Below are positions 12,262-25,654 of a stretch of 64,000 bases of DNA, one piece after another. The notes beneath the pieces are model-generated. The model made no database searches, had not been told where the DNA came from, and saw only the letters and a list, made by a program, of their open reading frames with translations. Origin of the DNA: Octopus vulgaris (lineage: Eukaryota); assembly GCA_951406725.2 (NCBI GenBank), contig OX597814.1:222394001-222458000 (forward strand), given 5' to 3'. The translations under genes and the position numbers were made by a program. Every line of letters starts with the position of its first letter. Positions within the stretch are counted from its first letter, which is position 1.

Positions 12262-14879
12262 GTAGGATCTGCCTGATTCAGAGTTGACAGGGGTTAACCT
12301 CTTGATTGTGAACCCAACGCTTTAACCACTGAACCATGCGGTGTCACTTTGCCCAATACTAAGCACTTGTTAATAATTCTGTTCACCTAAATCTGTTCTC
12401 TGTTTCTCTTTCTGTCTCATTCAGTCCTTTCCTCTCTTTCTTTCTTTCTCTCTCACCTACCCCATCTCTCTCCCTATCTCACCCACTGTGCGACTGACGC
12501 CTATTTAAAGTAGTAATTCGCCTATGTACAGAAATGTGCTTTCATCTGCCACCAATGAGACTGTATTTTCGCAAAGGAATTGCCAGTTTTGGAAAATGCT
12601 TGATTATTGAGATTATCTAAGCCTCCCATGGAGTTGGTAAATGTGTCACGAGGTACTTGTTTCCTATTATTTTTCAGAAAATACAATATCAATAAATCAA
12701 ACCTTTATCTTGTTTGATATAAGGTATGCATATATTCCTCTTAATTGTCCGTATTAAGTTTGCTGGAAACTCTGAGTTATTTTTTGTAGCTAATTTTCAC
12801 TTACATATACGTGTATGTATATGCGTGCGACCACATACATATATGCATATACATGCATAAATAAGTGTATACACACACACACACATATCAGTGTGTGCGT
12901 GGATGTGCATATATGTGTCTGTAGGTATGTGTGTGTGTGTGTGCTCTCAAAGGCGTCATGTTGAATTATCTACTAAACCGTGGTTCTCGGTAATTACGTT
13001 CATTCAGGTGAATCAAAAACAAGTTCAATTTCTTGTTGCTTGAAGAATTAGATAGACACAAACTTTCAGTATTAGTGAAGTTGTCTTCGATCTCTATGCT
13101 GAATCAAAATTCGAGATCGCGCCCGAATGACACAATTACTCTATTCAGTTAATTTACATGTTAGCATTGCAACCTTTTCTCAATCGCTTGCTCTTCTGAA
13201 ATCAGAAGTGTGATACTTCCAGTATGTCACATCATACACCATAGCCACAAATATATCTGCAAAGATAGGATATCACTCATGGAAGGTCGTTATTTGCGAA
13301 TTCACTTAATCAAGGTTGACCTTAGATATAACGGCACCATAGACTCTCGTGTTTTTAGTTTTACTCCAAACAATATTCCGTCTGCAAATTAATGACACTC
13401 CGAACAACACAGACGGCCTTTCTGGTGCTTAAGTAAACATCAGTTGCATCGATATCTTCAGTGATTGGGAAACTGAAAAAACCAGATTCATTGATTAATT
13501 ATAAAGCATAAACATTCTTGTTTAAAATCCTGCCGAAGTCGAAAAATACGTATCAGTAAAGTCTTCAGGGAAATCAATCAACTAGCCATCTTCTCTAATA
13601 ATATTCAGTGTTTTACGAAAACAAGTAATCGTTATTACAAAAGACTGAAATATTCATTGGCGTACAAATACTTGTAGGAAATAATGATGAAATGCCGATG
13701 AAAATACGTAAACACGCTCAGGGACAAAATTGCTTTTTGGAATGGTGCAGCTTTGTAGTTATAGTTTTGTTTGAGAGTAAGTCAGTAATTATTTAGGGCA
13801 CAGCATAGAAATAAGAAAGACACGGTGTAAGAAAGAAAGAGAGGGAAAAGGAGACAGAAACATATATATAAAGCTAGTTAATAACTTGGAGGTCAATGAA
13901 TGTACGCACAAGGGAGAATTTGAACTTCGTACCTATCGTTTATAGCGTTTATAGCGTTACCATTATACCTTTCCTCCATTTTAAAAGCTACATGGAAATA
14001 AACATTTTTCTGATTCTACTGAACAAGGGTTTATATTATCTACACATCTACAGACTTTAAATAAACTCGTCTAACATACGTTAAATAAACTCGATCTGAC
14101 TTTTCCTAAAGAGGTCTAGTTTATCAACTTAGTCTATATTGATTTGAGAAAGGTGAAAAATTAGCGCCGAGTTTATGAGTAAATTATGAACTAGCGAGTA
14201 TTGTTTGAAAATAAATTCTATATTTATTCTTTATTCCATGCACGGATCTGTAGAATACGAAGTGTGATTTGCAACACTAAGGTTTCAGATATGATCTTAT
14301 GACGTGACAGCATAGACAAACGACTTCTATAGTCTCTAGCTGGGCAGTATTATGAATGAAAATGTTGGTAAACAGAGTGACAGGATGCCCATAGAAGTAT
14401 TCCTTTTATGTCTTTAAATAGCAATCATAATAATCCGCTGCTCAGTTTGTCAATATCACCTAGTCCTTATATTTATGACATCTGTTATATTCGATCTAGT
14501 TGTTTGGTTTATCGATGATTATCTTCTAACATCCCGCCAATATTTAAAGAATCGAGAAACACCATTTCTTCTGTCATATTTCCTGTTACTAAGGAACTAA
14601 AACAAATATATGTAACATGTGCACCTAGAACAATACCGATAATGATATCCACAAAAAAACCTTCATATAAATATAAGATAATATATACACATTTAAAATA
14701 TTAATGTACTAGTGACAAATATTTAAGTAAGCCTAGATGAACTAATGAATCGGAACAATAGAAGGCATTTATAACTAATTATACTAAATCTATATATTAA
14801 CGCTGGACCAACATTCTGAGCTACATAAATAAGATTACCAAGCTGTAAATGTAATGAAATATTACAGTTGGGTTTAGAT

Positions 14880-15093
14880 AGCAAGCTGGCAGAATCGTTA
14901 GCATACCCGGCAAAGTGCTTAGAGGAATTTCGTCTGCCGCTACGTTCTGATTTCAAATTCCACTGACGTAGACTTTGCCTTTCATTTTTCCGGGGACGAT
15001 AAAATTATTACCAGTTTAGTACTGGGATTGATGTAATCGACTTACCTCCTCCTCCAATGTTGCTGGCTTTGTGCCAAAAGTTGAAACGAATAT
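14880..15093 (+). mobile_element. SINE family A
   Basis: Head, core and tail 1 are recognisable. Confidence 0.8.
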
Positions 15094-15499
15094 TGCAGTT
15101 GGTTATCTTGTATCTAAATGTCATTTAATCAATGGCATATTGTAGATATATAGTTGAATATTATTTAAATCGCATGATCATATTTTAGATTCTTTGGATA
15201 TTGGAAGTTCATCTGCGTTTTAATAACATTAATTCCAGATCAGTGGTGATCTTGCAACAAGTTCTTGTCGAGACGATTCAGTGAAGTTGTTTTATTTTCC
15301 GAATATAGTTTTCAGTTTTTATTATTCTGATATACGATGTTTTAAACGGCGATAATAAAGTTAAAATCCATTAACATTAATTTTAATAACAGCATACATT
15401 AAGCAAAAGAAGTTACTTATCATTCCTTGATTAAGAAAGTAATATATAAAAAAGGAAACTTAACCATGGAAGAAAAAGCAATGGCTTCAAATTTAGGTT

Positions 15500-15872
15500 A
15501 AAAGATAGCAATTTCAGTGGTGGACATCGACGTTAGTGAATCACAGGTACTTATTTTATGGACCCCGAAAAAGTGAAAGGAAAATTTGTTCCCAGCAGAT
15601 TTGAACTCAGAACCTAAAAAGCTAAAAATATACTGTGCAAAAGATCTCGCCACCTTATTCTTTTTTACTCTAAGCACGAGGCCCGAAATATTGTGGGGAG
15701 GCGGCCAGTCGATTAGATCGACCCTAGTACGCAACTGGTACTTAATTTATTGACCACGAGTGGCTGAAAGGCAAAGTCAACCTCGGCGGAATTTGAACGT
15801 CGAACGTAAAGACAGACGAAATACCGTTAAGCACTTCACCCGGTTTGCTAACGTCTGTGCCAGCTCGCCGCC
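15500..15872 (-). mobile_element. Two adjacent SINE A copies (one old, one younger)
   Basis: gaccccgaaaaagtgaaagg..atttgaactcagaac near 15560-15613, and a complete copy at ~15655-15872. Confidence 0.8.
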
Positions 15873-16374
15873 CTATTGAAAGAAAAATAATTTTAAATTT
15901 GTTATCAGAAACATTTCAATTCATATTGGAAGTGATCTTATCCTTTCCCATAACTGCTCTATGTATGAACTGTTATCAAATATGTTCATTTAATTTCCGC
16001 TCGGAAATAGCTGCCATTCTGAGCAACGTAACTGAAATGTTTCGATTGATTCACTGATTTACTGGTGCCGGATCGAACCTAAACTACAGTCGACAGTAGC
16101 ATAAACAGAACATGTAGAAATAATATCATAAATATATACAGGCATTCAAACAGTTTCGCAAATTGCATAATCTTAACATTTTGGACTGTAACGCATACTA
16201 TGCCACTTAAACTTTAACGAGCATGCCCGTTGCAGCAAGAAAGTTTCAAAGCCAATATACATTATATTGAAGGATGTTAACATCTTACTTTGTAAGATTT
16301 TGCTGTAACATCTATTATATAATGAGCTGATATATAAAGTATATTTCTTCTGTCAATATTACAATTAATATTAA

Positions 16375-16560
16375 GACGGTGAGCTAGCAGAATTGTTAGC
16401 AAAATGCTTAGAAGCATTTCCTACGCCTTTACGCCCTGGGTTCAAAAGCCACCAGAGTCGGCTTTGTTTTCCACCCTTTCAGGAACACTGGGGTCAACAT
16501 AATCGACTCACTCCGTTCCACTAAATTGCAAAGTTTGAAGGCAATATTGCAATTAATATT
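16375..16560 (+). mobile_element. SINE family A, diverged
   Basis: gacggtgagctagcagaattgttagc..aaatgcttag..cactggggtcaacataatcgact. Confidence 0.7.
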
Positions 16561-16611
16561 AACCCAAAAAATAATTAGACTTTCTTCTTATTTCGTGTGT
16601 AATAGCATAAA

Positions 16612-17002
16612 CCGCGTATTTGACTGTGTGGTAAGTAGCTTGCTTACCAGCCACATGGTTCCGGGTTCAGTCCCATTGCGTGGCACCTTGGGCAAGTGTC
16701 TTCTACTACAGTCTCGGGCCGCCCAAAGCCTTGTGAGTAAATTTGGTAGACGGAAACTGAAAGAAGCCCGTCGTATATATGCATACATGTATACATGTTT
16801 GTGTTTGTGCCCCCCCCCCCAACATCGCTTGACAACCGATGCTGGTGTGTTTATGTCCCCAAAATTTAGCGGTTCGGTTCGGCAAAAAAGACCGATAGAA
16901 TAAGTACTATGCTTCCAAAAATAAGTCGTGGGGTCGAATTGCTCGACTATAGGCGGTGCTCCATCATGGCCGCAGTCAAATGACTGAAACAAGTAAAAGA
17001 GT
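16612..17002 (+). mobile_element. tRNA-derived SINE family C (CORE-like ggcaccttgggcaagt) with internal microsatellite and aagtaaaagag tail
   Basis: A-box tgtgtggtaag and B-box ggttcagtccc. Near-complete match to the minus-strand copy at 56791-57292. Confidence 0.85.
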
Positions 17003-17243
17003 CTATTATAAATTTCAATATTTTTTTTTTTTACAATATAAGCATAAGGCCAGATATATTAAAACTAGTACTTGAATAAATGAGACCAACACTGGTCTGA
17101 AATAATGAATTTTGTGGTTAACTAGGACAGAATTTCAATTCATTAAATGAAACGCCAGACGAAATGCCTCACGACGTTTTATCTATCGCCCTAACGATTC
17201 TGAAAATGCAATGCTCTATTTTCGATATTTAAATAAGTTGAAG

Positions 17244-17428
17244 TCGGTGAGCTTGCAGAATCGTTAGCATCTGCCGTTACGTTCTGAGTTCAAATTCCGC
17301 TGAGGTTGACTTTGCCTTTCATCCTTTCGGCATCGATAAATTAAGCACCAGTTGATTACTGGGGTCAATGTAATCGACTATCCCCCTCCCCAAAATTTCA
17401 GACCCCGTGGCTATAATAGATAAAAAAT
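17244..17428 (+). mobile_element. SINE family A
   Basis: gtcggtgagcttgcagaatcgttagca followed by core and tail 1. Confidence 0.8.
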
Positions 17429-17733
17429 TTTCGCCCTTTCCAAGCCTAGCCAGGCTCATGGGCCCGGTTTCCCGGTTTCTGTGGCGTATGTGCTTTACGC
17501 AACTGGACGGCACGCCAGTCGATCGCAGCGTTACTCAAGAAACAGGAAGTGAGAGTGAGAGAATGTTGTGGCGAAAGAGTACAACAGGGGTCACCACCAC
17601 CCCCTGCCGGAACCTCGTGGAGCTTTCAGGTGTTTTCACTGAATAAACACACACAACGCCCGGTCTTTGAATCGAAACCACGATCCTCCGACCGCGAGTC
17701 CGCTGCCCTAACCACAGGGCCATTGCGCCTCCA
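17429..17733 (-). mobile_element. tRNA-derived SINE family B, tail type X
   Basis: Reverse complement of 18495-18800. Head ggaggcgcaatggccc..ggttagggcagcggactcgcggtcggaggatcg..ggtttcgattc. Confidence 0.88.
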
Positions 17734-17761
17734 TGCCTATAGTAGGAAGGATATTTAAATA

Positions 17762-17950
17762 AGGCAGCGAGCTGACAGAATCGCTAGAACGCCCGACAAA
17801 ATGTTTAGCAGCATTTCATCAGTCTCTACGTTCTGAGTTCAAATTCTACCGTGGTCGACTTTGCCTTCCATCACTTCGAGGTCGATAAAATTAGTACCAG
17901 CTGAACACACACGAAATTACAGGCCTTGCGCCAAGATTTGAATCCAGTAT
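17762..17950 (+). mobile_element. SINE family A
   Basis: ggcagcgagctgacagaatcgctag followed by the core. Confidence 0.78.
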
Positions 17951-18462
17951 GTAAATAAGTTAAAATTCTATCAAGCATGGCATTATTGTTTATTAACAGC
18001 TCATCTGAACCCTGCAGGTCATCTAGTCGTTCATTATATGGCGAGGTACTAATAGACTTGAAATAAAATTATAGAACTTATGTTGGTATACGGTGAAATG
18101 CCAAAAGGAAAAAGAAAAAAGAAAAAGAACTGAACGGAGACAAAAATCTCCCTTCAGCAGCTGTTGTTTGGATGTCTCTAATTTGGCACGTTCAACAAGT
18201 GTTACTAGTTTCAATGTCAGAGTTGATTTAAAGCGAAATGATTGAAAGAGTGATGAAGAGGGTTGGAGTACTGAGAAGTGAGATGAGTTATTAATAGAAT
18301 TCAGGACGACAGCCATATAAAGAGTATACGGAGATTGTATGCTGAACAAGCGGACACACACACACACATGTACACTCACATACACACACTCAGACATATG
18401 TATCTACCCACACGCGCACAAAGACAATTATGTTCATATAAACACATATGCACAGAGAGAGT

Positions 18463-18494
<32 letters not shown>

Positions 18495-18800
18495 GTGGAG
18501 GCGCAATGGCCCAGTGGCTAGGGCAGCGGGCACGCGGTCGGTGGATCGCGGTTTCGATTCCCAGACCGGACGTTGTGTGTGTTTATTGAGCGAAAACACC
18601 TAAAAGCTCCACGAGGTTCCGGCAAGGGTGTGGTGCCGAACCCTGTTGTACACATTCGCCACCACTTTCTCTCACTCTCTCTTCCTGTTTCTTGAGTAAC
18701 ACTACGATGGACTGGCGTCCCGTCCAGCTGGGGGGAACACATACGCCACAGAAACCGGGAAACCGGGCCTATGAGCCTGGCTAGGTTTGAAAAGGGCAAC
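18495..18800 (+). mobile_element. SINE family B, tail type X, inserted in a (GA)n tract
   Basis: tRNA-like head with A and B boxes. 3' part gatggactggcgtcccgtccag..cagaaaccggg. (GA)n lies on both sides. Confidence 0.88.
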
Positions 18801-18841
<41 letters not shown>

Positions 18842-19721
18842 TGCGTGAATGTGTATGTGTATGTGCGGATGTGTGACAGTATGGCAAAATATTTCAAAAG
18901 TTACTTTCCAATCACTAGGTCTTGAGTTATATCCCCCTGCGAGGCAACTTGGGCAAGTGACAACCCAATCAGGTTTTAACAATATCTCTGAAATTATGGT
19001 TAACTCCAAAATATATTAGGCTGACGGAAAATTTTCTCAGCATAATATAGTGGCAGCTTCATTTCGTAAATGACACACTTCCATAATAATTAACCTCAAA
19101 ATCATTTGATATATCTTTGACTATATCAATGCAATACACTTTTAATAAAGCTCTGACTTTTTAACTTGCGCATGCTATGATTTGTCTAATATAATAAGAG
19201 AAAATAAATTGAGATGACATTTGTGATTGAACCACTTAGTTTGTTGAATTTGTGCCATTAAATTTTATTTTACATTATATAAATAATCAAATGTACAATA
19301 TGAATTAATAAGTTTTTTCTTCTTTATTAAATTATTATGGATTTTACTATCTCCATTATATATAATTTATCAGATGCAATTATCGCAAATATATTTTGGA
19401 AAGCTGCTGCCCTAATTTTTCTGAACTGTTTCAATTCTTTAGTATTTCAAGACACAATATCTACTAAATGACAGCGATTAATTTTCATCGTAGTTGCTCA
19501 ACCTGCCAGAAATACCAGCAAATATAGATGCACCTACACATACATAAGCATACACACACACGCGCACACACATTTGTGTGTGCGTTTATGTCTATACGTA
19601 TGTCGTTTGATCTTGAACCATATAGATTCGCCTGATTGTTTAGCATAGCAAATTTTTAAGTGTGGGCGTGAGACATCACATCGTCATCTCCAACACAACA
19701 TACTGGAACGTATGTGGTTTA

Positions 19722-20303
19722 GACGAAATACTGGCGAAATTCTTAGCGGTATTTCGTCTGCGTTACGTTGTGAGTTCAACTTCCGCCGAGGTCGACTTTG
19801 CCTTTCATCCTTTCGGGGTCGATAAATTAAGTACCAGTTACGCACTGGGGTCGATGTAATCGACTTAATACCTATGTCTGTCCTTGTGTGTCGCCTCTGT
19901 GTTTAGCCCCTTGTGGGTAATAAAGAAATAGGTATTTCGTCTGACGTTACGTTCTGAGTTCAAATTCCGCCGAGGTCGACTTTGCCTTTCATCCTTTCGG
20001 GGTCGATTAAATAAGTACCAGTTACGCACTGGGCTCGATGTAATCGACTTAATCCGTTTGTCTGTCCTTGTTTGTCCTCTCTGTGTTTAACTCCTTGTGG
20101 GTAATAAAGAAATAGGTATTTCGTCTGCTGTTACGTTCTCAGTTCAAATTCCGCCGAGGTCGACTTTGCCTTTCATCCTTTCGGGGTCGATAAAGTAAGT
20201 ACCGGTTACGCACTAGAGTAGATGTAATCGACTTAATCCCTTTGCCAGTCCTTGTTTGTCCCCTCTATGTTTAGCCCCTTGTGGGCAATAAAGAAATAAG
20301 AAA
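19722..20303 (+). mobile_element. Head-to-tail trimer of SINE A body plus tail 2 (~180-bp units)
   Basis: Three consecutive ggtatttcgtctg..aaagaaata units with junctions at ~19930 and ~20114. Confidence 0.92.
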
Positions 20304-20787
20304 TATTGATGTGTTGCGGGACTTCTAATCAGACCATTAACCACTATTTGATCGTATTTCATTCAACATTGTCTTGGTCTATTTTATTGCATCCTTTCTT
20401 TTATATCATTGCACTCAACATTTTTATTGGCTCTCGTATTTTTGATACCTCTGGTGTTGAAAGTTCGTCTTCTCTCGCCAAAATAAAAAAGTAACAGTAT
20501 TGTAACAGTATTGTAGATGCTTCTTCGATGGAGTGATTTGCTTTTATTTATACACTTCACGGGTAGGTAAGCTGCATTTTTTCTTTCGGTTCAGAAGAAC
20601 AACGCTCATAAGTAGGTCGGTGTTTGTTCACTTCCAACAGTATTTCAATCGAGCAGAGTCGATTCAGTCTGAGAAGTTGGTAACCAATCGTTCAAGACTT
20701 TTCCATTTCTTGTAAGGACGAATGCCATAGCTGGTCATGTATCATGCGTGACTCTACTCGCAGTGTAATATAACTGATACAGTGAGT

Positions 20788-20859
<72 letters not shown>

Positions 20860-21408
20860 AGTATCAGACCCAATACTTGAGTTTATACATCGACCCAAGA
20901 ATATGAAAAGGAAAACTGAAGTTGGCTTCGAATATAAAACGCAGGAGTAAATACCCCAAGGTATTTTGGTCAACACTAATGATTCAGTTTTCAAGTTGAG
21001 TTCAGTTTAATATATTAAATGTCAAATCACATTTTCGTGAAGTTTCTACAATTTCTACGGGGAAATCACATTAATTAAATTTAAAATGCGCAATTTTTTC
21101 AGTTAAAACTTCTTTTACTGACATTCAGTTGTCTGTCTTCTATTGGCAAATATCAAAAACTCAAGCAACAAAGCTGTCAACATTTTCGTATATTTAGGAT
21201 TGTGACTAGAAAATATTAAATGATGTTCCAGTGTTTACATAAACTTCAATATGTCTTAGTTGATTTATTGAAATCTGTGTGGTCATCTTAATACAACCGT
21301 ACTTTAAGAATGCCAGCGAAAAACGTCTTCCATATAAGTATTTGCAAAAAGTAACATCTCTGTTGCAAGTAACCCTGATGATTTTCTGAAGATTCCACTT
21401 TACTACTG

Positions 21409-21441
<33 letters not shown>

Positions 21442-21443
<2 letters not shown>

Positions 21444-21970
21444 GAGAGCAGTGCATGCCATCAAAGTGACACTGGGGTAAAATATACGAAGCCCAGCATA
21501 CCCATCATGACTACCCGTATGATAAGGGTACACCAGGCACATGTCTCACACCAAAATGTGCGCGTCACAGTGATCACATATCAAGACAAACAGCACATGA
21601 CCTTGCAGGTGGGACCCAGTTAGAATTTTCTTCCTGTCGAGTAACCCATCCCGCTCAAAAGGTCCCTGAATAAGGGTTGTTTCAGGATGTTGAACGAAAC
21701 ACCTATGTTTCCAGAGGTGAATTATTTTAACCCCAAAGAATCCCTCTCAACACATGGCTATGATGCTCCCCCACTACTTCTGCTCGTGATCAGAGATGTA
21801 CACATCGCCAGACACTAAGGGACATGGTCAACTGGTTAAGGTCAAAGAACTGACAAGCAAATATGTAGCCCATCTGTTATATCAAGAAAAAACAATGTAC
21901 ATGATAACACTTCCAATCAGTTAAGATCAGAAGCCACGAGAGCCACTGCCTGGTACTGCATCAGGGCATT
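21442..21970. mobile_element. Unclassified ~530-bp interspersed element embedded in (TTA)n
   Basis: GC-richer block flanked on both sides by (TAT)n tracts, with no ORF. Treating it as mobile is an inference. Confidence 0.5.
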
Positions 21971-21990
21971 CAACTACATTATTATTATTA

Positions 21991-22042
<52 letters not shown>

Positions 22043-22846
22043 GGCGGAGAGCTGGCAGAATCGCTAACATGCCAAACAAAATGCTTAGCGGCATTCTGTC
22101 CGTCTTTACGTTCTGAGTTCAAATCCCGTCGGGGTTGGCTTTGCTTTTATTCATTTCAGGGTTGATTTATTAAGTACCAGTTGCGTACTGGAGGCGATGT
22201 CATCGATTAGTCCCCTCTCCCAAAATGTCTGGCCTTGTGCCTTCAGTAGAAAGGATTATTATTATTATTAAGGCGGCGTGCTGCCAGATTCATTAGCACG
22301 CAAGGTGAAATGCTTAGCGGTATTTCACTCGCTACTATGTTCTGAGTTCAAATTCCGCCGAGGTCGACTTTGCTTTTCATCCTTTCGGGGTCGATAAATT
22401 AAATACCAACGATGTTTTAACTATCTACCTCCACTCAAATTTCACGCCTTGTGCCTCTGGTAGAAAGGGCTATTATTAAGGCGGCGTGCTGGCGGGATCA
22501 TTAGCCCGCCAGGCAAAATACTTAGCGGTATTTCGTCTGCCGTTACGTTCTGAGTTCAAATTCCGCCGATGTCGACTTTGCCTTTCATACTTTCGGGGTC
22601 GATAACTTAAGTACCAGTTACGCACTGTGGTCAATGTAATCGACTTTGTCCTTGTTTGTCCTCTCTATGTTTAGCCCCTTGTTGGTAGTAAAGAAATAGG
22701 TATTTCGTCCGGCTTTACGTTCTGAGTTCAAAAGCCGCCGGGTCAACTTTGCCTCTCATCCTTTCGGAGTGAATGAATTAAGTAGTAGTGAAACACTGGG
22801 GTCGATGTAATCGACTAGTCCCTTTCCCACAAATTTGAGGCCTTGT
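22043..22846 (+). mobile_element. Cluster of four SINE A units separated by (TAT)n tails or the concatemer junction
   Basis: Heads at ~22043, ~22272 and ~22479, plus a head-less unit after aaagaaataggtatttcg (~22690-22707). Confidence 0.9.
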
Positions 22847-23749
22847 CGTTGCTGTTGCTGCTGTTCTTATTATACAGGTGCAAGGAAGTAGCTCATCAAC
22901 TCACTACAGTGAATACATTTATTAATATAAGTGAAAAGCAGGAAACAGGCGAATTATGGAAGTTTCTAAATTAATAAATAGTACATTTGTGGGCGTATGT
23001 TTGGAAGACATTAAAATAAATTGAATCAGGCTATGTGTTTGTGCGGAAATTCCTTATTAGTGTTTAGATTAATTCATATGCGCTCATAAACCCTTTTGTG
23101 AACGTGGGGTTCTCGAAAAAACAAACGGAGAGCTTGGGGTTTCATATTCTGATTTCCTACTCTGATAGAATGCTTAAAATATATAAGTGAGTTAGAAGTT
23201 ATCTTTTACTTCCAGTTCAAACTTAATAAAGATGTTTGATTATCAAAACCTGGCAGCTACGACCATTTCGTAACTTCATATATCAGGAAAGATGTACTGT
23301 GTGTTTTTTTCAGCAGGATTTACGATGACTGTGGCTACTATGAGTAGCATGTCGAGTGACCAATTATATTCGTAGCGACGTGAAAATACTATTATTATGA
23401 AATCGAAGTGATGTAAGTGCAATCGGAAAAGAACTATAATGGCAATATATTGTATCTTTACCGTATTTGTGCTGAGATTGCAGAATGATTCCTCGAAATT
23501 CATTCAGCGATATTTGATACTGTGATATTCAGCGTCACTATATTCCCCCTATTTCTGCATATATATAGATCACTATTTTGCTCGTAATCTGTGAAGGATC
23601 TTTCAATGAGCAGATGTAATAAAACCAAAATATATCCATTGATTTCACCTGTTACCTTACAGAATGAAATCCGCTTAAATTACTACATTTTTTATAGTCG
23701 TCAAAATCCAGTCAAATAACTCGCTTTAGATGTATCCAGTGCAGTATAA

Positions 23750-24196
23750 GGATCTATTCGGTTTGAACGGCAGTTTTTTTAAATAATTTCCACGTAACTA
23801 AACACTTTTAAACTTCGTATACTGGTAGAATGTGTTTATAAAACATTTTTTCTCTTGGCTTTATTGAGAAAATTGTATAGGTTGTAACATATTTGTTGTT
23901 TGTTTTTCTTCATTTTCTGCAATTTCAACCAATCAATGACGTCTATTGAGGTAAAATACATTCTTTGCCGTATGAATATGTCCCTCGTTTAAGAAACAGA
24001 ATGGGTTTATTTACATTTCTGAAAAACAAAATACTCTTCCCCCCACCCCTAACCCTAACCCTAACTAACCCTGACTAACCCTAACTAACTCTAACCCTAA
24101 AACAGATTGCAATAGATCGATACTAGGGTCATAATTATGGGTGACAATTTCCTATGACACCGCTAGAAAAAACTGCCGTTCAAACCGAAAAGATCC
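23750..24196. mobile_element. Second copy of the telomeric-repeat MITE
   Basis: TIRs ggatctattcggtttgaacggcag / ctgccgttcaaaccgaaaagatcc. TSD cagtataa/cggtataa (7/8). (TAACCC)-like array at ~24047-24100. Confidence 0.9.
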
Positions 24197-25122
24197 CGGT
24201 ATAATACTTTAAATCAGAAAGTTCGCATTTGTTGTTGTCAGGGGGTGGAGTGTGTTCAGCACTGTTCTCTTGTTTTTTTAACCAGCAAACATATTAATGA
24301 GATCATTACCTCCCCCAGGAAGGTGTGCATAATCCCGGCTAATTGCAGTTTTCAACTTACTCTATTAAATATGTAACACCTTACCATCTTACCACGATTT
24401 TGATTCCATTCTACAGAGAATACGAAAATCCGTTCAAAGGTATTAGTTGAAGTATGAGACACAGGTATTTATTTAAATTATTTTTTCTAAAATGTCATGA
24501 TTTGAAAATTAAACGAACACAGTTGAAGATTTATCGTGTAAAATGTTCACTGAAAATAATTTAAAATTTAAATACCTTAAATAAATTATTATCATGAAGT
24601 CAAGTCTTACAAATTGGGACAAGTAATCATTCAAACTGTCAGTTCACACATTTCATCTTTATTTAGTTTAAAGCAAATTTCAAAACGATTAAATGAAAAG
24701 AGAATTAAATAGGGAAAAAAAATCTATGAAAAATATAGTAGAAATGTATGAAAACAGATCAAAGAAAAAAAATATTTAAGGTTTTCTTCGGTGAGACGAC
24801 GCAAGAGAATAGATTAATCTTTAAAATGTATGGTGCCAGTTTAAAAAATAGTAATTAGAACCCCACACACAATCTATGACACACACACACACACACACAC
24901 ATACAAGCACCACACTACTATCTGTCAGCACCCGTCTCTTTCTTGCACTCTATTTCATCCTCTTCCCTCACTCTCCTTCTCTCCGTCTCGCAGGTTTTCT
25001 CACACATACAAATACAAACAAATGTATTTTATAGAATGAATGAATTTTTTCTTTCGTTCCTAACTTAAAATTGAAAAGAATAAAATCGAAAGAATTTCTT
25101 CTCTGAATGATAAAAATATTCG

Positions 25123-25207
<85 letters not shown>

Positions 25208-25208
<1 letters not shown>

Positions 25209-25608
25209 GTTTCAAATTTTGCTACAAGGGCAGCAGTTTTAGAGGAGGGGACAAGTTGATTTCATCGACCCTAGTTTTCTACTGGTACTTATTTTATCGA
25301 CCACGAAAGGATGAAAGGCAAAGTCGATCTCGGCGGAATTTGAACTGAGAACGTAGCGACAGGCGAAATACCTGTTTCTTTATTACCCACAAAGGGCTAA
25401 ACACAGAGAGGACAAACAAGGACAGACAAACGGATTAAGTCGATTATATCGAGCCCCAGTGCATAACTTGGTACTTATTTAATCGAACCCGAAAGGATGA
25501 AAGGCAAAACCGACCTCGGCAGAATTTGAACTCAGAACGTAACGGCAGACGAAAAACCGCTAAGCATTTCGCCCGGCGTGCTAACGTTTCTGCCAGTTCG
25601 CTGCCTTC

Positions 25609-25654
<46 letters not shown>

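Noticed and set aside
18497-18572. tRNA gene
   Set aside because: A and B boxes are present, but the sequence continues into a shared SINE body in three copies and lacks a clean acceptor stem. It is a tRNA-derived SINE head.
19722-20303. CRISPR-like or satellite array
   Set aside because: The units are ~180-bp SINE bodies without unique spacers, the context is eukaryotic, and there are no cas genes.
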